Positions 7,303-15,897 of a stretch of DNA of 35,345 nt are shown here, in pieces. The notes beneath the pieces were generated by a model. It was not told the origin of the DNA. It saw nothing but the letters and a program-made list of their open reading frames with translations, and searched no databases. The DNA is from Lysobacterales bacterium (lineage in GTDB: Bacteria; Pseudomonadota; Gammaproteobacteria; Xanthomonadales; SZUA-5): assembly GCA_024710675.1 (NCBI GenBank), contig JANJUH010000021.1, positions 1 to 35,345 of the forward strand, read 5' to 3'. How positions within the stretch are numbered: position 1 is the first letter of the stretch; each line of letters opens with the position of its first letter. A program made the position numbers and the translations under genes.

Positions 7303-8181
7303 GTGAATCGCATCGTGCTCTTCCTTGCCACCAATCTTGCGGTCGTCGTGATGCTGGGCATCGTGATGAACCTGCTCGGGCCGGTCTTCGGGATCAATCC
7401 CCGTGGCACCCTGGGCCTGCTGATCCTGGCGGCGGTCTTCGGTTTCGTCGGTTCATTCATCTCACTGGCGATGAGCAAGCGCATGGCGTTGATGTCCACC
7501 GGCGCCCGCATCATCACCGAAGCGCGCTCTCTGGAGGAGCGCTGGCTGGTCGAGACCGTACGTCGCCAGGCCGAGGCAGCCGGCATCGGCATGCCCGACG
7601 TGGCCATCTACGATGCACCGGACATCAACGCTTTCGCCACCGGCATGAAGCGCAACGACGCGCTGGTCGCAGTCAGCACCGGCCTGCTCCGCAACATGAA
7701 CCGCGACGAGGTCGAGGCCGTGCTGGCGCACGAAGTCAGCCACGTTGCCAATGGCGACATGGTGACGCTGGCGCTGATCCAGGGCGTGCTCAACACCTTC
7801 GTGTTCTTCCTGTCGCGGGTGATCGGCAACCTCATCGACCAGGCGGTGTTCAAGCGCGAAGCCGGTTCAGGGCCGGGCATTGGCTATTTCGTGGTCGTGA
7901 TGCTGCTGGAGGTGGTCTTCGGTCTGATCGCCTCGGTCATCGCGATGTGGTTCTCGCGCCAGCGCGAGTTCCGCGCCGACGCCGGCGGTGCCCGCCTCGC
8001 CGGCCGCGAGAAGATGATCGCCGCCCTCGAACGCCTGCAGCTCAACCACGGCCACAGCGCGCTGCCGAGCGAGGTGAAGGCCTTCGGCATCTCGGGCGAG
8101 CGCCTCGGCGGCCTGAAGGCCCTGCTGACCTCCCATCCGCCGCTCGAAGTCCGCATCGCCGCACTGCGCAACGCGGGCTGA
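7303..8181 (+). CDS. htpX: Membrane zinc metalloprotease HtpX
   Basis: (GTG)[20 protein letters not shown]...[13 protein letters not shown]...FRADAGGA.... It has the M48 HExxH motif and an N-terminal TM pattern like E. coli HtpX. GTG start at 7303. Confidence 0.93.
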   Translation: MNRIVLFLATNLAVVVMLGIVMNLLGPVFGINPRGTLGLLILAAVFGFVGSFISLAMSKRMALMSTGARIITEARSLEERWLVETVRRQAEAAGIGMPDVAIYDAPDINAFATGMKRNDALVAVSTGLLRNMNRDEVEAVLAHEVSHVANGDMVTLALIQGVLNTFVFFLSRVIGNLIDQAVFKREAGSGPGIGYFVVVMLLEVVFGLIASVIAMWFSRQREFRADAGGARLAGREKMIAALERLQLNHGHSALPSEVKAFGISGERLGGLKALLTSHPPLEVRIAALRNAG

Positions 8182-8234
8182 GCGACAAAGGCAGCTGCTT
8201 CGATCGACAGCAGACCCGGCCTGCAGCAAGCTCA

Positions 8235-8334
8235 TGTGGGTCGGGATTCAGCCCGACACGCCGGCTCCTGTGGCTCTGGATTCATCCCGACGCTTTCACC
8301 GGAAGCAAAAGCGTCCGGATGAATCCGGACCCAC
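8235..8334. repeat. Cluster of three REP-like units, family 1
   Basis: TGTGGGTCGGGATTCAGCCCGACACG (8235-8260), a degenerate CTGTGGCTCTGGATTCATCCCGACGC (8267-8293) and an inverted GCAAAAGCGTCCGGATGAATCCGGACCCAC (8306-8334). They lie between convergent htpX and the FimX-like gene. Confidence 0.8.
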
Positions 8335-8370
8335 GGCGCGGCATCTTGCCGGCTCGAAGCCAGCGCCTGC

Positions 8371-10443
8371 TCAGCCGAACTCGTAGGCCATCACCCGCTG
8401 CGGCACCTGCAGGAAGTTGCCCTGCACGTAGTTGACGCCGATCGCGAACAGCACTGACATGGTGGCGGCATCCTCGACGAACTCGGCGATCGTCATCCGG
8501 CCCAGCGCGTGGGCCTGGTCGCACATCTCACGCATGCGCACCTGGTTTTCCGGACTCTTGCCGAGATCGGTCATGAAGCTGCGGTCCAGCTTCACGTAGT
8601 TGGCACCGACGTGCTTGAGAAGCTGGAAGGAATTGAGCCCGCTGCCGAACTGCTCGAGCGCAAAGCCGACGCGCAGCTGCTCGAGGCCCTTCTGGAAGAA
8701 CTTGGCCTGCTTGAGATGGGTCACGACGATGCTCTCGGGCATCTCGAAGACCAGTTTGTCTCCGGGCACGCGCGCCGCCTTGAGCTGCTGCGCCAGCCAC
8801 GGCAACAAGGTGCCGTCGTCGATGGCCTGCGGCGTCAACTTGACGAAAAAGGTGGTGTTGCGGCCCTGCTGGATGCGCTGCTGCAGCACCTTCAGGATAT
8901 GGCCGATGACCCAGCGGTCGATCTGTGGCAGCAGGCCGAAGCGCTGGGCGATCGGCAGGAACTGGCCCGGCATGATCTCGCCCTGCGGGCCCTCCATGCG
9001 CAGCAGCACGTCGTAGGTCTCGCCCTCGGCGCCCTGCAGGGAAACGATAGGCTGGTAGAAGAGCACGAAGCGGTCGTTCTGGATCGCATCCTGGATGCGC
9101 TCCAGCCACTCCTTCTCCTTCGCCGCATCGGCCTTGTCCTGCGCAGCCGGGTCGAAGACCTGGACGCGGTTGCCGCCTTCCGACTGTGCCCGCTTCCAGG
9201 CTTCGTTGGCCTTGTCGAGCACGAACTGGGCGCCCGGGATCTTCTCGGTCATCAGGCAGACGCCAAAGCTGGCGGTCACGCTGACCGAGCGCTTGCCCAC
9301 CTCGAAGATGCGTTCCTCGAAACGCTTCCTGAGCTGACCGACGAGTTCCATGCAGGCGTCGTGTGGTCGACCGCTGAGGATCAGGGTGAAGGTATGGTCG
9401 GCAAAGCGCGCGGCGATGTCGGCCTCGCCCAGCGCAGCCTTCAGCAGTTGCGCGGCGTCACCGAGCAGGATGTCGGCGCCGCCGACGCCGACCTGGTCGA
9501 GCACCTTGCGGTAATCGTCGATCTCGAGATAGACGGCGACCTGGTCGACCTTTCCGCCCATCGCGGCGCTGGCGGCCCTGTTGAGCTCCTCGAGAAAGGC
9601 CGGCCGGTTGAGCAGGCCGGTCACCAGATCCTGGCGCTTGAGGATTTCGAGTTCCTTCTCCGCCTCGGGATTGCTCGCCGGCTGGCGAAAAATGATCTGG
9701 GTCGCCGGCTCGCCTTCGACGCTGGCCTCGGACAGTTCCATGATCGCCTGGAAGCTGCCGCCGTCGGCACGTACCGCCTCTATGTCGAGACGCTCGGGCG
9801 GCTTCTCGCCCTTGCTGAGCAGCTTCAGGACATTGCGGAACTCGGCCGCATGCCGGGGTGCGATCAGGTCAAGAATCCCGGTGCCCTCGATCTCCTCGAA
9901 ATCCTCGAAACCGAAGGTCTCGAGATAGGCGCGGTTGGCATAGATGTGCATGCCCTCGTGCACGTAGGCGATCGGATCGCGCGAGCTGTCGAGCAGCGAA
10001 TGCGCGCGCCGCTCGCTCTCGCGCCACTGCGCCTCGGCTCTCCGCAAGTGACGGCGCGTCTGCAGGTTTTCCTGCTCGCGCAGCACCACCGTGCGCAGGT
10101 GGTCAGGCACGGTGCGCAGCGCGACATCGCGCGCGCCCTCGCGGTGGGCCTTCAGCACGGCGTCCTGGGTGATCGTGTCGAGGAGCTGGATCACAACCAC
10201 ATCCTTGGCACTGCGCGCAACGACCTGGACGGTCTCGGGCAGACCGATCTTGCGCGTTTTCGGGCTTTGCAGGACGAGATCCGGCGTGGAATCGTCGAGC
10301 GCCTCCTTCAGCGCCTCGGCATCTTCGACGCGGTTCGGTCGAACGACGATGCCGGCGTTGCGCAACTGGCTGATGACCTGCTCCGCATCCTCGAGGGAAT
10401 CCTCGACGAGCAGGATGCGGAGAACCTTCTCGGCTTTGGCCAT
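8371..10443 (-). CDS. fimX: FimX-like REC-PAS-GGDEF-EAL protein with degenerate catalytic motifs (likely c-di-GMP sensor)
   Basis: Start is taken at [31 protein letters not shown] (ATG 10443), giving 690 aa. The receiver lacks the phospho-acceptor Asp (PDLVLQS). The GGDEF site reads ADHTF and the EAL site reads DVL. DDFG is replaced by EQFG and EGVE by EFVE. Architecture and length match my memory of Pseudomonas FimX (about 691 aa), but orthology is not verified. Confidence 0.75.
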   Translation of the reverse strand: MAKAEKVLRILLVEDSLEDAEQVISQLRNAGIVVRPNRVEDAEALKEALDDSTPDLVLQSPKTRKIGLPETVQVVARSAKDVVVIQLLDTITQDAVLKAHREGARDVALRTVPDHLRTVVLREQENLQTRRHLRRAEAQWRESERRAHSLLDSSRDPIAYVHEGMHIYANRAYLETFGFEDFEEIEGTGILDLIAPRHAAEFRNVLKLLSKGEKPPERLDIEAVRADGGSFQAIMELSEASVEGEPATQIIFRQPASNPEAEKELEILKRQDLVTGLLNRPAFLEELNRAASAAMGGKVDQVAVYLEIDDYRKVLDQVGVGGADILLGDAAQLLKAALGEADIAARFADHTFTLILSGRPHDACMELVGQLRKRFEERIFEVGKRSVSVTASFGVCLMTEKIPGAQFVLDKANEAWKRAQSEGGNRVQVFDPAAQDKADAAKEKEWLERIQDAIQNDRFVLFYQPIVSLQGAEGETYDVLLRMEGPQGEIMPGQFLPIAQRFGLLPQIDRWVIGHILKVLQQRIQQGRNTTFFVKLTPQAIDDGTLLPWLAQQLKAARVPGDKLVFEMPESIVVTHLKQAKFFQKGLEQLRVGFALEQFGSGLNSFQLLKHVGANYVKLDRSFMTDLGKSPENQVRMREMCDQAHALGRMTIAEFVEDAATMSVLFAIGVNYVQGNFLQVPQRVMAYEFG

Positions 10444-10570
10444 GAGCAGTCGTGTTGCGCGTCGCGGGACCGAGGATTCTGACGCAAATCGGCAGCTTCT
10501 GCCACGCTGCGGCAGGCCAAGCGCTGAGCTTTCCGAGCGCGCTGCGGGCAGCACAGCCTGCCGACCTGCA

Positions 10571-11596
10571 TCAGGCCAGCACGGTCTTCGACTGCCGCCC
10601 CGGCACCTCCCGGGCAAGCCTCGGGACCAGATAGCCCGGCAGGCGCTCGCGCAGCCTGCCGACGATGGCGCGTCCGCGACGGGCGTCGACGGCAAAATGG
10701 GCGGCGCCTTCGACCGGGTCGAGCAGGTGCAGGTAATAGGGCACCACACCGAGATCGCCGAGGCGCTCGCACAGCGCGGCCTGGACCTCGACGGTGTCGT
10801 TGATCCCGGCCAGCAGCACAGCCTGGTTGAGGACGGTGGCGCCGGCCGCGCGCAGGGCGCCCAAGGCTGCGGCAACCTCGTCGTCGATCTCCCGTGCATG
10901 GTTGGCGTGCAGCACCACGGTCACCGGCCACCGCAGCGCGCCCAGCCAGTCGAGCAGCTCGCGATCCACGCGCGCCGGCAGCACGATCGGCCAGCGTGTG
11001 TGGATCCGCAAGCGGCGCACGTGGGGGATGGCTGCCAGGCCTTCACTCAGTTCAGCAAGCCGCGGAGTGCCCAGCGACAGTGGATCGCCGCCACTCAGGA
11101 TCACTTCGCGGATCGACGGGTCGGCAGCGATCGTGGCCAGCGCCGGCGCCCAGCGCTCGCGCGCGGCCAGTTCCCCTGCGTAGGGAAAATGGCGGCGGAA
11201 ACAGTAGCGGCAGTGCACCGCACAGGCGCCGGTGGCGATCAGCAGCACGCGCCCGGGGTACTTGTGGAGCACGCCGGGTCCGGCCAGTCGCGCCAGGTCG
11301 CCCACCGGGTCGGCGACGAAACCTGGCGTTGCCTCGCGCTCACGCCGCAGCGGCAGGACCTGCCTGAGCAGCGGATCACGCGGATCGCCCGGCCGCATCC
11401 GCGCGGCAAAGGCGCGCGGGACCAGGATCGGGAAAGCCAGATCGGCCGCGTCCGCATCCACGGCCTCGGCATCCAGGCCGAGCACCGCCAGCAATTCCGG
11501 CACCGAACGAATGGCCTCCCGCAAACCCTGTTGCCAGGCACGCGCCGACGGCCGGCTGATCGGGGGCCACTCTGCGGGCATGGGCTCGGCTATCAT
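10571..11596 (-). CDS. epmB: EF-P beta-lysylation protein EpmB (lysine 2,3-aminomutase-like radical SAM enzyme)
   Basis: ...[25 protein letters not shown]...[32 protein letters not shown]... contains the CxxxCxxC radical-SAM cluster. It is divergent from efp. Start is uncertain: ATG at 11581, 11596 or 11608, all in frame. The 474-aa track ORF is an over-extension. Confidence 0.88.
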   Translation of the reverse strand: MIAEPMPAEWPPISRPSARAWQQGLREAIRSVPELLAVLGLDAEAVDADAADLAFPILVPRAFAARMRPGDPRDPLLRQVLPLRREREATPGFVADPVGDLARLAGPGVLHKYPGRVLLIATGACAVHCRYCFRRHFPYAGELAARERWAPALATIAADPSIREVILSGGDPLSLGTPRLAELSEGLAAIPHVRRLRIHTRWPIVLPARVDRELLDWLGALRWPVTVVLHANHAREIDDEVAAALGALRAAGATVLNQAVLLAGINDTVEVQAALCERLGDLGVVPYYLHLLDPVEGAAHFAVDARRGRAIVGRLRERLPGYLVPRLAREVPGRQSKTVLA

Positions 11597-11746
11597 CCGC
11601 GTCCTCATCGCGTCTGGGCTGGCCGCGACCTCCGCGACTGGAGGCCATGGCCGCCGGCGGCTGCGGGGTGCGTGCGCGCCCCGCGCGCGATCCACGCTTC
11701 CTACCCTGCCGTCCGTCCGGGGCGGCCCACGATAACGGAGAACCCC

Positions 11747-12316
11747 ATGGCCAGCTACGGCATGAACGATGTCAAGAACGGACTCAAGATCCTCGTCGAT
11801 GGCGACCCCTACACCATCGTCGACACCGAGTTCGTCAAGCCGGGCAAGGGCCAGGCCTTCACCCGCATCAAGATCCGCAACCTGAAGAACGATCGCGTGG
11901 TCGAACGCACCCTGAAGGGCAGTGACTCGGTGGATGGGGCCGACGTCATGGATACCGACATGCAGTTCCTCTACACCGACGGTGAGTTCTGGCACTTCAT
12001 GCAGCCGGAGAGCTTCGAGCAGTTCCAGGCCGACAAGGCCGCCGCCGGCGATGCCGCGAAGTGGCTGCGCGAGCAGGACATGTGCATCGTCACCCTGTGG
12101 AACGGCGCGCCGCTGTCGGTGACGCCGCCGAACTTCGTCGAGCTCAAGATCGTCGAATGCGATCCGGGCGTGCGCGGCGATACCGCCCAGGGCGGCGGCA
12201 AGCCGGCCAAGCTCGAGACCGGCGCAGTGGTGCGCGTGCCGTTGTTCGTCGAGAACGGCGAGACCATCCGCGTCGACACGCGTTCGGGCGAGTACGTCGG
12301 ACGCGCCAACAAGTAA
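11747..12316 (+). CDS. efp: Translation elongation factor P
   Basis: [48 protein letters not shown]..., 189 aa. It has a Lys-type KPGKGQ loop. A GGAG-type RBS (ACGGAG, 11735-11740) lies upstream. Confidence 0.97.
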   Translation: MASYGMNDVKNGLKILVDGDPYTIVDTEFVKPGKGQAFTRIKIRNLKNDRVVERTLKGSDSVDGADVMDTDMQFLYTDGEFWHFMQPESFEQFQADKAAAGDAAKWLREQDMCIVTLWNGAPLSVTPPNFVELKIVECDPGVRGDTAQGGGKPAKLETGAVVRVPLFVENGETIRVDTRSGEYVGRANK

Positions 12317-12329
12317 GGGCGGCGTCCGG

Positions 12330-13661
12330 ATGGAGCGGATCGATGCGCTGATCCATGCCCGTCACGTGGTGCCGGTGGTGCCACGTGGCGTCGTGCTGAG
12401 CGAGCACGCGGTGGCGATCCACCGCGGGCGGATTGTCGGGATCCTGCCGAGCGCCGACGCCCGCGCCCGCTACGAGGCGGACAGCGAACACGAACTCGAC
12501 CGCCACGCGCTCATCCCGGGCCTGGTCAACGCGCACTGCCATGCGGCGATGACCTTGCTGCGCGGCATTGCCGACGACCTGCCGCTGATGACCTGGCTGC
12601 AGGAGCACATCTGGCCTGCCGAGGGGGCGCTGGTCTCGGCCGAGTTCGTCGCCGATGGCGCCGAACTGGCTGCGGCCGAGATGCTGGCAGGCGGCGTCAC
12701 CGCGGTGAACGATCAGTACTTCTTCCCCGAAGCCGCGGCGCCGGTGTTCCGCCGCTTGGGCATGCGCGCCTCGTTGGGCGCACCGGTGCTCGAATTCCCG
12801 ACACCCTACGCCCGCGATGCCAGCGAATACCTCGCGCGCAGCCTGGCCTTCGCCGACGCGGTGCGCGGCGACGACATGATCCTTGCTTCCTTCGCGCCGC
12901 ACGCGCCCTACACGGTGTCGGACGACAGCTTTCGCAGGATCCGCACCTATGCCGACCAACTCGGCCTGCGCATCCAGTGCCACATCCACGAGACCGCGCA
13001 CGAGGTCGAAGAGGCAAGGCGCCTGCACAATGAGCGCCCCCTGGCGCGCCTGGAGCGCCTGGGCTTCCTGGGGCCGGACCTGACCGCGGTCCACATGACG
13101 CAACTGACGCCCGCCGAGATCGAGCGCGTCGCACGCCACGGTGTGGTGGTTGCGCACTGCCCCGAGTCCAATCTCAAGCTGGCCAGCGGCTTCTGCCCGG
13201 TGGGGGCATTGCTGGAGGCCGGGGTCACGGTCTCGATCGGTACCGATGGCGCCGCCAGCAACAACGATCTCGACCTCCTCGGCGAGCTGCGCACGGCGGC
13301 GCTGCTGGCCAAGGGCGTCGGCGGCAATGCCGCCTTGATGGACGCAGCCACTGCGCTCGAATGCGCGACGCTCGCCGGTGCACGCGCGATCGGCCTCGAG
13401 GATCGCATCGGCAGCATCGAGATCGGAAAGGTGGCTGACCTGGTTGCCATCGACTTCGGCAGGATCGGCCTGGCACCGGTTTATTCGCCGGTCTCGCACA
13501 TCGCCTACGCCGCCTCGCGCCACGATGTCAGCCATGTCTGGGTCGATGGTCGCCTGCGGGTCGAACATGGGCTGGTGGCTGGTATCGATTACGATCGCCT
13601 GCGCGCCACCGCAGCCCGCTGGGCCCTGCGCGCGGAAGCCGCAACCGGGCAGCGGGCATGA
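12330..13661 (+). CDS. mtaD: Amidohydrolase of the TRZ/ATZ family, 5-methylthioadenosine/S-adenosylhomocysteine deaminase-like
   Basis: ...ALIPGLVNAHCHAAMTLLRGIADDLPLMTWLQEHIWPAE...CHIHETAHEVEE...VAHCPESNLKLASG...IGTDGAASNNDLD... shows metal-dependent deaminase motifs. It lies upstream of ubiG, as I recall for pseudomonads. Confidence 0.75.
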   Translation: MERIDALIHARHVVPVVPRGVVLSEHAVAIHRGRIVGILPSADARARYEADSEHELDRHALIPGLVNAHCHAAMTLLRGIADDLPLMTWLQEHIWPAEGALVSAEFVADGAELAAAEMLAGGVTAVNDQYFFPEAAAPVFRRLGMRASLGAPVLEFPTPYARDASEYLARSLAFADAVRGDDMILASFAPHAPYTVSDDSFRRIRTYADQLGLRIQCHIHETAHEVEEARRLHNERPLARLERLGFLGPDLTAVHMTQLTPAEIERVARHGVVVAHCPESNLKLASGFCPVGALLEAGVTVSIGTDGAASNNDLDLLGELRTAALLAKGVGGNAALMDAATALECATLAGARAIGLEDRIGSIEIGKVADLVAIDFGRIGLAPVYSPVSHIAYAASRHDVSHVWVDGRLRVEHGLVAGIDYDRLRATAARWALRAEAATGQRA

Positions 13662-14365
13662 GCGTGGCCAACGCCGATCCGCGCGAGATCGAGCGCTTCG
13701 CCGCGCTGGCGCCGCGCTGGTGGGATCCGGAAGGCCCGATGCGCCCGCTGCATGAACTCAACCCGGTGCGCATCGCCTTCGTGGCGGAGCGCGCGCCACT
13801 GGCGGGGCTGCGCGTCGCCGACATCGGCTGCGGTGCGGGCTTGGCCAGCGAGGCCATGGCGCGCGCCGGTGCGCGCGTGACAGCCGTTGACCTGGCCACC
13901 GATTCGATCGCGGTGGCCAGGCTGCATGCGCTCGAGTCAGGGCTGACGGTGGACTACCGGGTCGCGGCGGCGGAGGACCTGGCTGGCGCCGAGCCGGGGG
14001 CCTTCGATGTGGTCACCTGCTTCGAACTGATCGAACACGTGCCCGACCCGCCCGCCCTGCTGGGCGCTTGCGCGGCGCTGCTGAAACCGGGCGGCCAGCT
14101 TTTCGTGTCGACACTCAACCGCACGCCGAAGGCTTTTGCCCTCGGCATCGTCGCTGCCGAGTACCTGCTCGGCCTGGTGGCGCGCGGGACACACCGCTAC
14201 GCTCAGTTCGTCAGACCCTCCGAGCTGCGTCACGCGCTGCATGGCGCCGGGCTCGAGGTGGTTGGCTATGCCGGCCTCGAATATGACCCGCTGTCGCGCC
14301 GGGCCAGCCTGGGCAGCGATCTCTCGATCAATTACCTGTGCCACGCCCGCCGTCCGCCGGAATGA
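13658..14365 (+). CDS. ubiG: Ubiquinone biosynthesis O-methyltransferase UbiG
   Basis: ...EIERFAALAPRWWDPEGPMRPLHELNPVRIAFV...VADIGCGAGLASEAMARAGARVTAVD...FELIEHVPDP.... ATG 13658 overlaps the mtaD TGA (ATGA). Confidence 0.9.
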   Translation: MSVANADPREIERFAALAPRWWDPEGPMRPLHELNPVRIAFVAERAPLAGLRVADIGCGAGLASEAMARAGARVTAVDLATDSIAVARLHALESGLTVDYRVAAAEDLAGAEPGAFDVVTCFELIEHVPDPPALLGACAALLKPGGQLFVSTLNRTPKAFALGIVAAEYLLGLVARGTHRYAQFVRPSELRHALHGAGLEVVGYAGLEYDPLSRRASLGSDLSINYLCHARRPPE

Positions 14366-15048
14366 GTGCGCCATCGGGCCTCGCGGCCGTGCTGTTCGAC
14401 CTCGACGGCACCCTCGTCGACACCGCGCCCGACCTGATCGGGGCACTCGACGAGGTGCGTGCCGAAGCCGGACTGCCGGGCCTGGGCGCGAGCCTGCCGC
14501 CGGCGGTTGCGGCACGCGGCGGTCGCGGTCTGCTCGCGCTGGGCTTTCCCGCCGATCCGGAAGCACCGGAACGCCTGCTGCCCGAATACCTGAGGCGCTA
14601 TCGCGCGCGCCTGCTCCGCGCCAGCAAGCCCTATCCCGGCATCGAGACACTGCTCGACGAGCTCGCCGGGCGTGGCGTGGCCATCGCCGTGGTCACCAAC
14701 AAGCCCGAGGGGCTGGCGCGCGAGCTGCTCGAGGGGCTCGGCTGGCAGGATCGCTTCGCGGCGCTGGTCGGCGGCGACACGCTGAGCGTGCGCAAGCCCG
14801 ATCCGGCGCCGATACTGCATGCGCTGGCGCAGATCGGACAGACGCCGGCCCGGGCCGCCATGGTCGGTGACGACCGCCGCGACATCGAGGCCGGGCTGCG
14901 CGCTGCGTGTCGCCTCAGGCTCGCAGCGGGTTATGGCTACATCGAAGCGACGGACTGCGCCAGCCAATGGGGTGCCGATGCCGTGCTCGCCGATGTCCCG
15001 GCGCTGGCGCGCACCCTGCTCGATGCCGTTGCCGGAGACAGGCGGTGA
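14362..15048 (+). CDS. HAD-superfamily phosphatase, phosphoglycolate phosphatase (Gph) / MupP-like
   Basis: MSAPSGLAAVLFDLDGTLVDTAPDL...VVTNKPE...GDTLSVRKPDP...MVGDDRRDIEAG shows HAD motifs I-IV. ATG 14362 overlaps the ubiG TGA (ATGA). An earlier in-frame ATG at 14338 is less likely. Confidence 0.82.
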   Translation: MSAPSGLAAVLFDLDGTLVDTAPDLIGALDEVRAEAGLPGLGASLPPAVAARGGRGLLALGFPADPEAPERLLPEYLRRYRARLLRASKPYPGIETLLDELAGRGVAIAVVTNKPEGLARELLEGLGWQDRFAALVGGDTLSVRKPDPAPILHALAQIGQTPARAAMVGDDRRDIEAGLRAACRLRLAAGYGYIEATDCASQWGADAVLADVPALARTLLDAVAGDRR

Positions 15049-15809
15049 CCGACGAGGCTTTCGACGGCTTTGTCGACCGGTGGCTGGAACGAGCTCCGCA
15101 CCTGGCGCTGGCAGCAGGCTTCGCCGGCGACCCGGCGGCACGTCGCGCCTTCCTCGCCCCGCGCATACTGCTCGGCGAGCTGATCGAAGCCGCTGTGGCC
15201 GTCGGCGACGAGCGCGTGGCCGAGGTGAAACTCGGCTGGTGGTTCGAGGAAGCCGGGGCCTGGGCCGCCGGCACGCCACGCCATCCGCTGGCAACGGCCA
15301 TCAGCGCCGGCACGGCAAGCCGGGCCCTGCATTCCCTGGTCGCCGCGCTGCGCACATGGCTCGAGGCGCCAACACCCGCTGACGGCGTCACCGCATGGCG
15401 CGGCATGGCTGCCATCGCCGGGCCAGCCACGATGCTGGCGGGCGAACCCTCGACCGCCCGGGACGCCTGGCAACTGCAGGCCTATGCCTGCGCCCTCCGG
15501 CACTCCCTGGAGGCGCGCGCGCCGTTGGGCACCGTGCTGGCCCTGGATGTGTTGGCGCGCCATGAACTCAGGCGCTCGCAGCTCTGGAACCTGCCGGCCG
15601 GCCAACGCAGCCTGCTCCTCCGCGATACGCTGGCTGGCGTGCCATGGCAGGTGGTTGCAAGCCCCCCCGGCAGGGCGGCGGCGGCACTGTGGGCGCTCGA
15701 CAGGCGCCGCCTCGCGCGAATGGCCCGGGGCCGCCTCGATGAGCGGCCGGGACCCGGTGACGCCTGGGCCGCCTGGCGCGCGGCGCGGAAAGCCGGTTCG
15801 GCGCTGTAG
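15045..15809 (+). CDS. Hypothetical protein with weak squalene/phytoene-synthase-family (NDUFAF6-like) resemblance
   Basis: Open frame with GTG 15045 overlapping the phosphatase TGA (GTGA). GGAGA at 15034-15038 serves as RBS. The segments ...GDERVAEVKLGWWFEE... and ...LALDVLARHEL... resemble the RLxWWR and YLPxDLLxxHG blocks of that family. No internal Asp-rich DxxxD catalytic motif was seen. This is a motif-memory assignment only. Confidence 0.5.
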   Translation: MTDEAFDGFVDRWLERAPHLALAAGFAGDPAARRAFLAPRILLGELIEAAVAVGDERVAEVKLGWWFEEAGAWAAGTPRHPLATAISAGTASRALHSLVAALRTWLEAPTPADGVTAWRGMAAIAGPATMLAGEPSTARDAWQLQAYACALRHSLEARAPLGTVLALDVLARHELRRSQLWNLPAGQRSLLLRDTLAGVPWQVVASPPGRAAAALWALDRRRLARMARGRLDERPGPGDAWAAWRAARKAGSAL

Positions 15810-15872
15810 GAGCGCGCTCTGCGCGCGAAAGGCCGTGCGGAGAGATTGATTCGCGCCGGAGGGCGCTCCTAC
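15806..15872. repeat. REP-like inverted doublet, family 2 (GTAGGAGCGCGCTCTGCGCGCGAA type)
   Basis: GTAGGAGCGCGCTCTGCGCGCGAA (15806-15829) and TTCGCGCCGGAGGGCGCTCCTAC (15850-15872). The outer 10 bp are perfect inverted repeats. It lies between convergent genes and resembles pseudomonad-type REP units. Confidence 0.75.
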
Positions 15873-15897
15873 GATGAAGCCTCCTGTCCCAGGGCGC

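Noticed and set aside
8509-10482. 657-aa ORF on the plus strand, antisense to the FimX-like gene
   Set aside because: It is a typical GC-rich shadow ORF. It is exactly antisense to a gene with clear domain content. Its composition is Leu/Ala/Arg/Gly/Asp-rich and low-complexity, with no recognisable motifs.
10444-10899. N-terminal 152-codon extension of the FimX-like ORF (842-aa version)
   Set aside because: The extension overlaps the 3' end of epmB in another frame and is Pro/Arg/Ser/Ala-rich. The receiver domain starts right after ATG 10443 ([16 protein letters not shown]).
10091-11746. In-frame upstream extension of efp (741-aa ORF)
   Set aside because: It runs antisense through epmB and the end of the FimX-like gene. 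EF-P homology starts at ATG 11747, which has its own RBS.
12144-13568. 474-aa ORF on the minus strand, antisense to mtaD
   Set aside because: It is a shadow ORF opposite a well-supported amidohydrolase gene. I recognised no motifs. Similar reasoning applies to 1361..2629(-), 5087..6316(+), 3826..5040(-), 14332..15294(-), 16860..17702(-), 17465..18409(-), 18429..19361(-) and 19697..20848(+).
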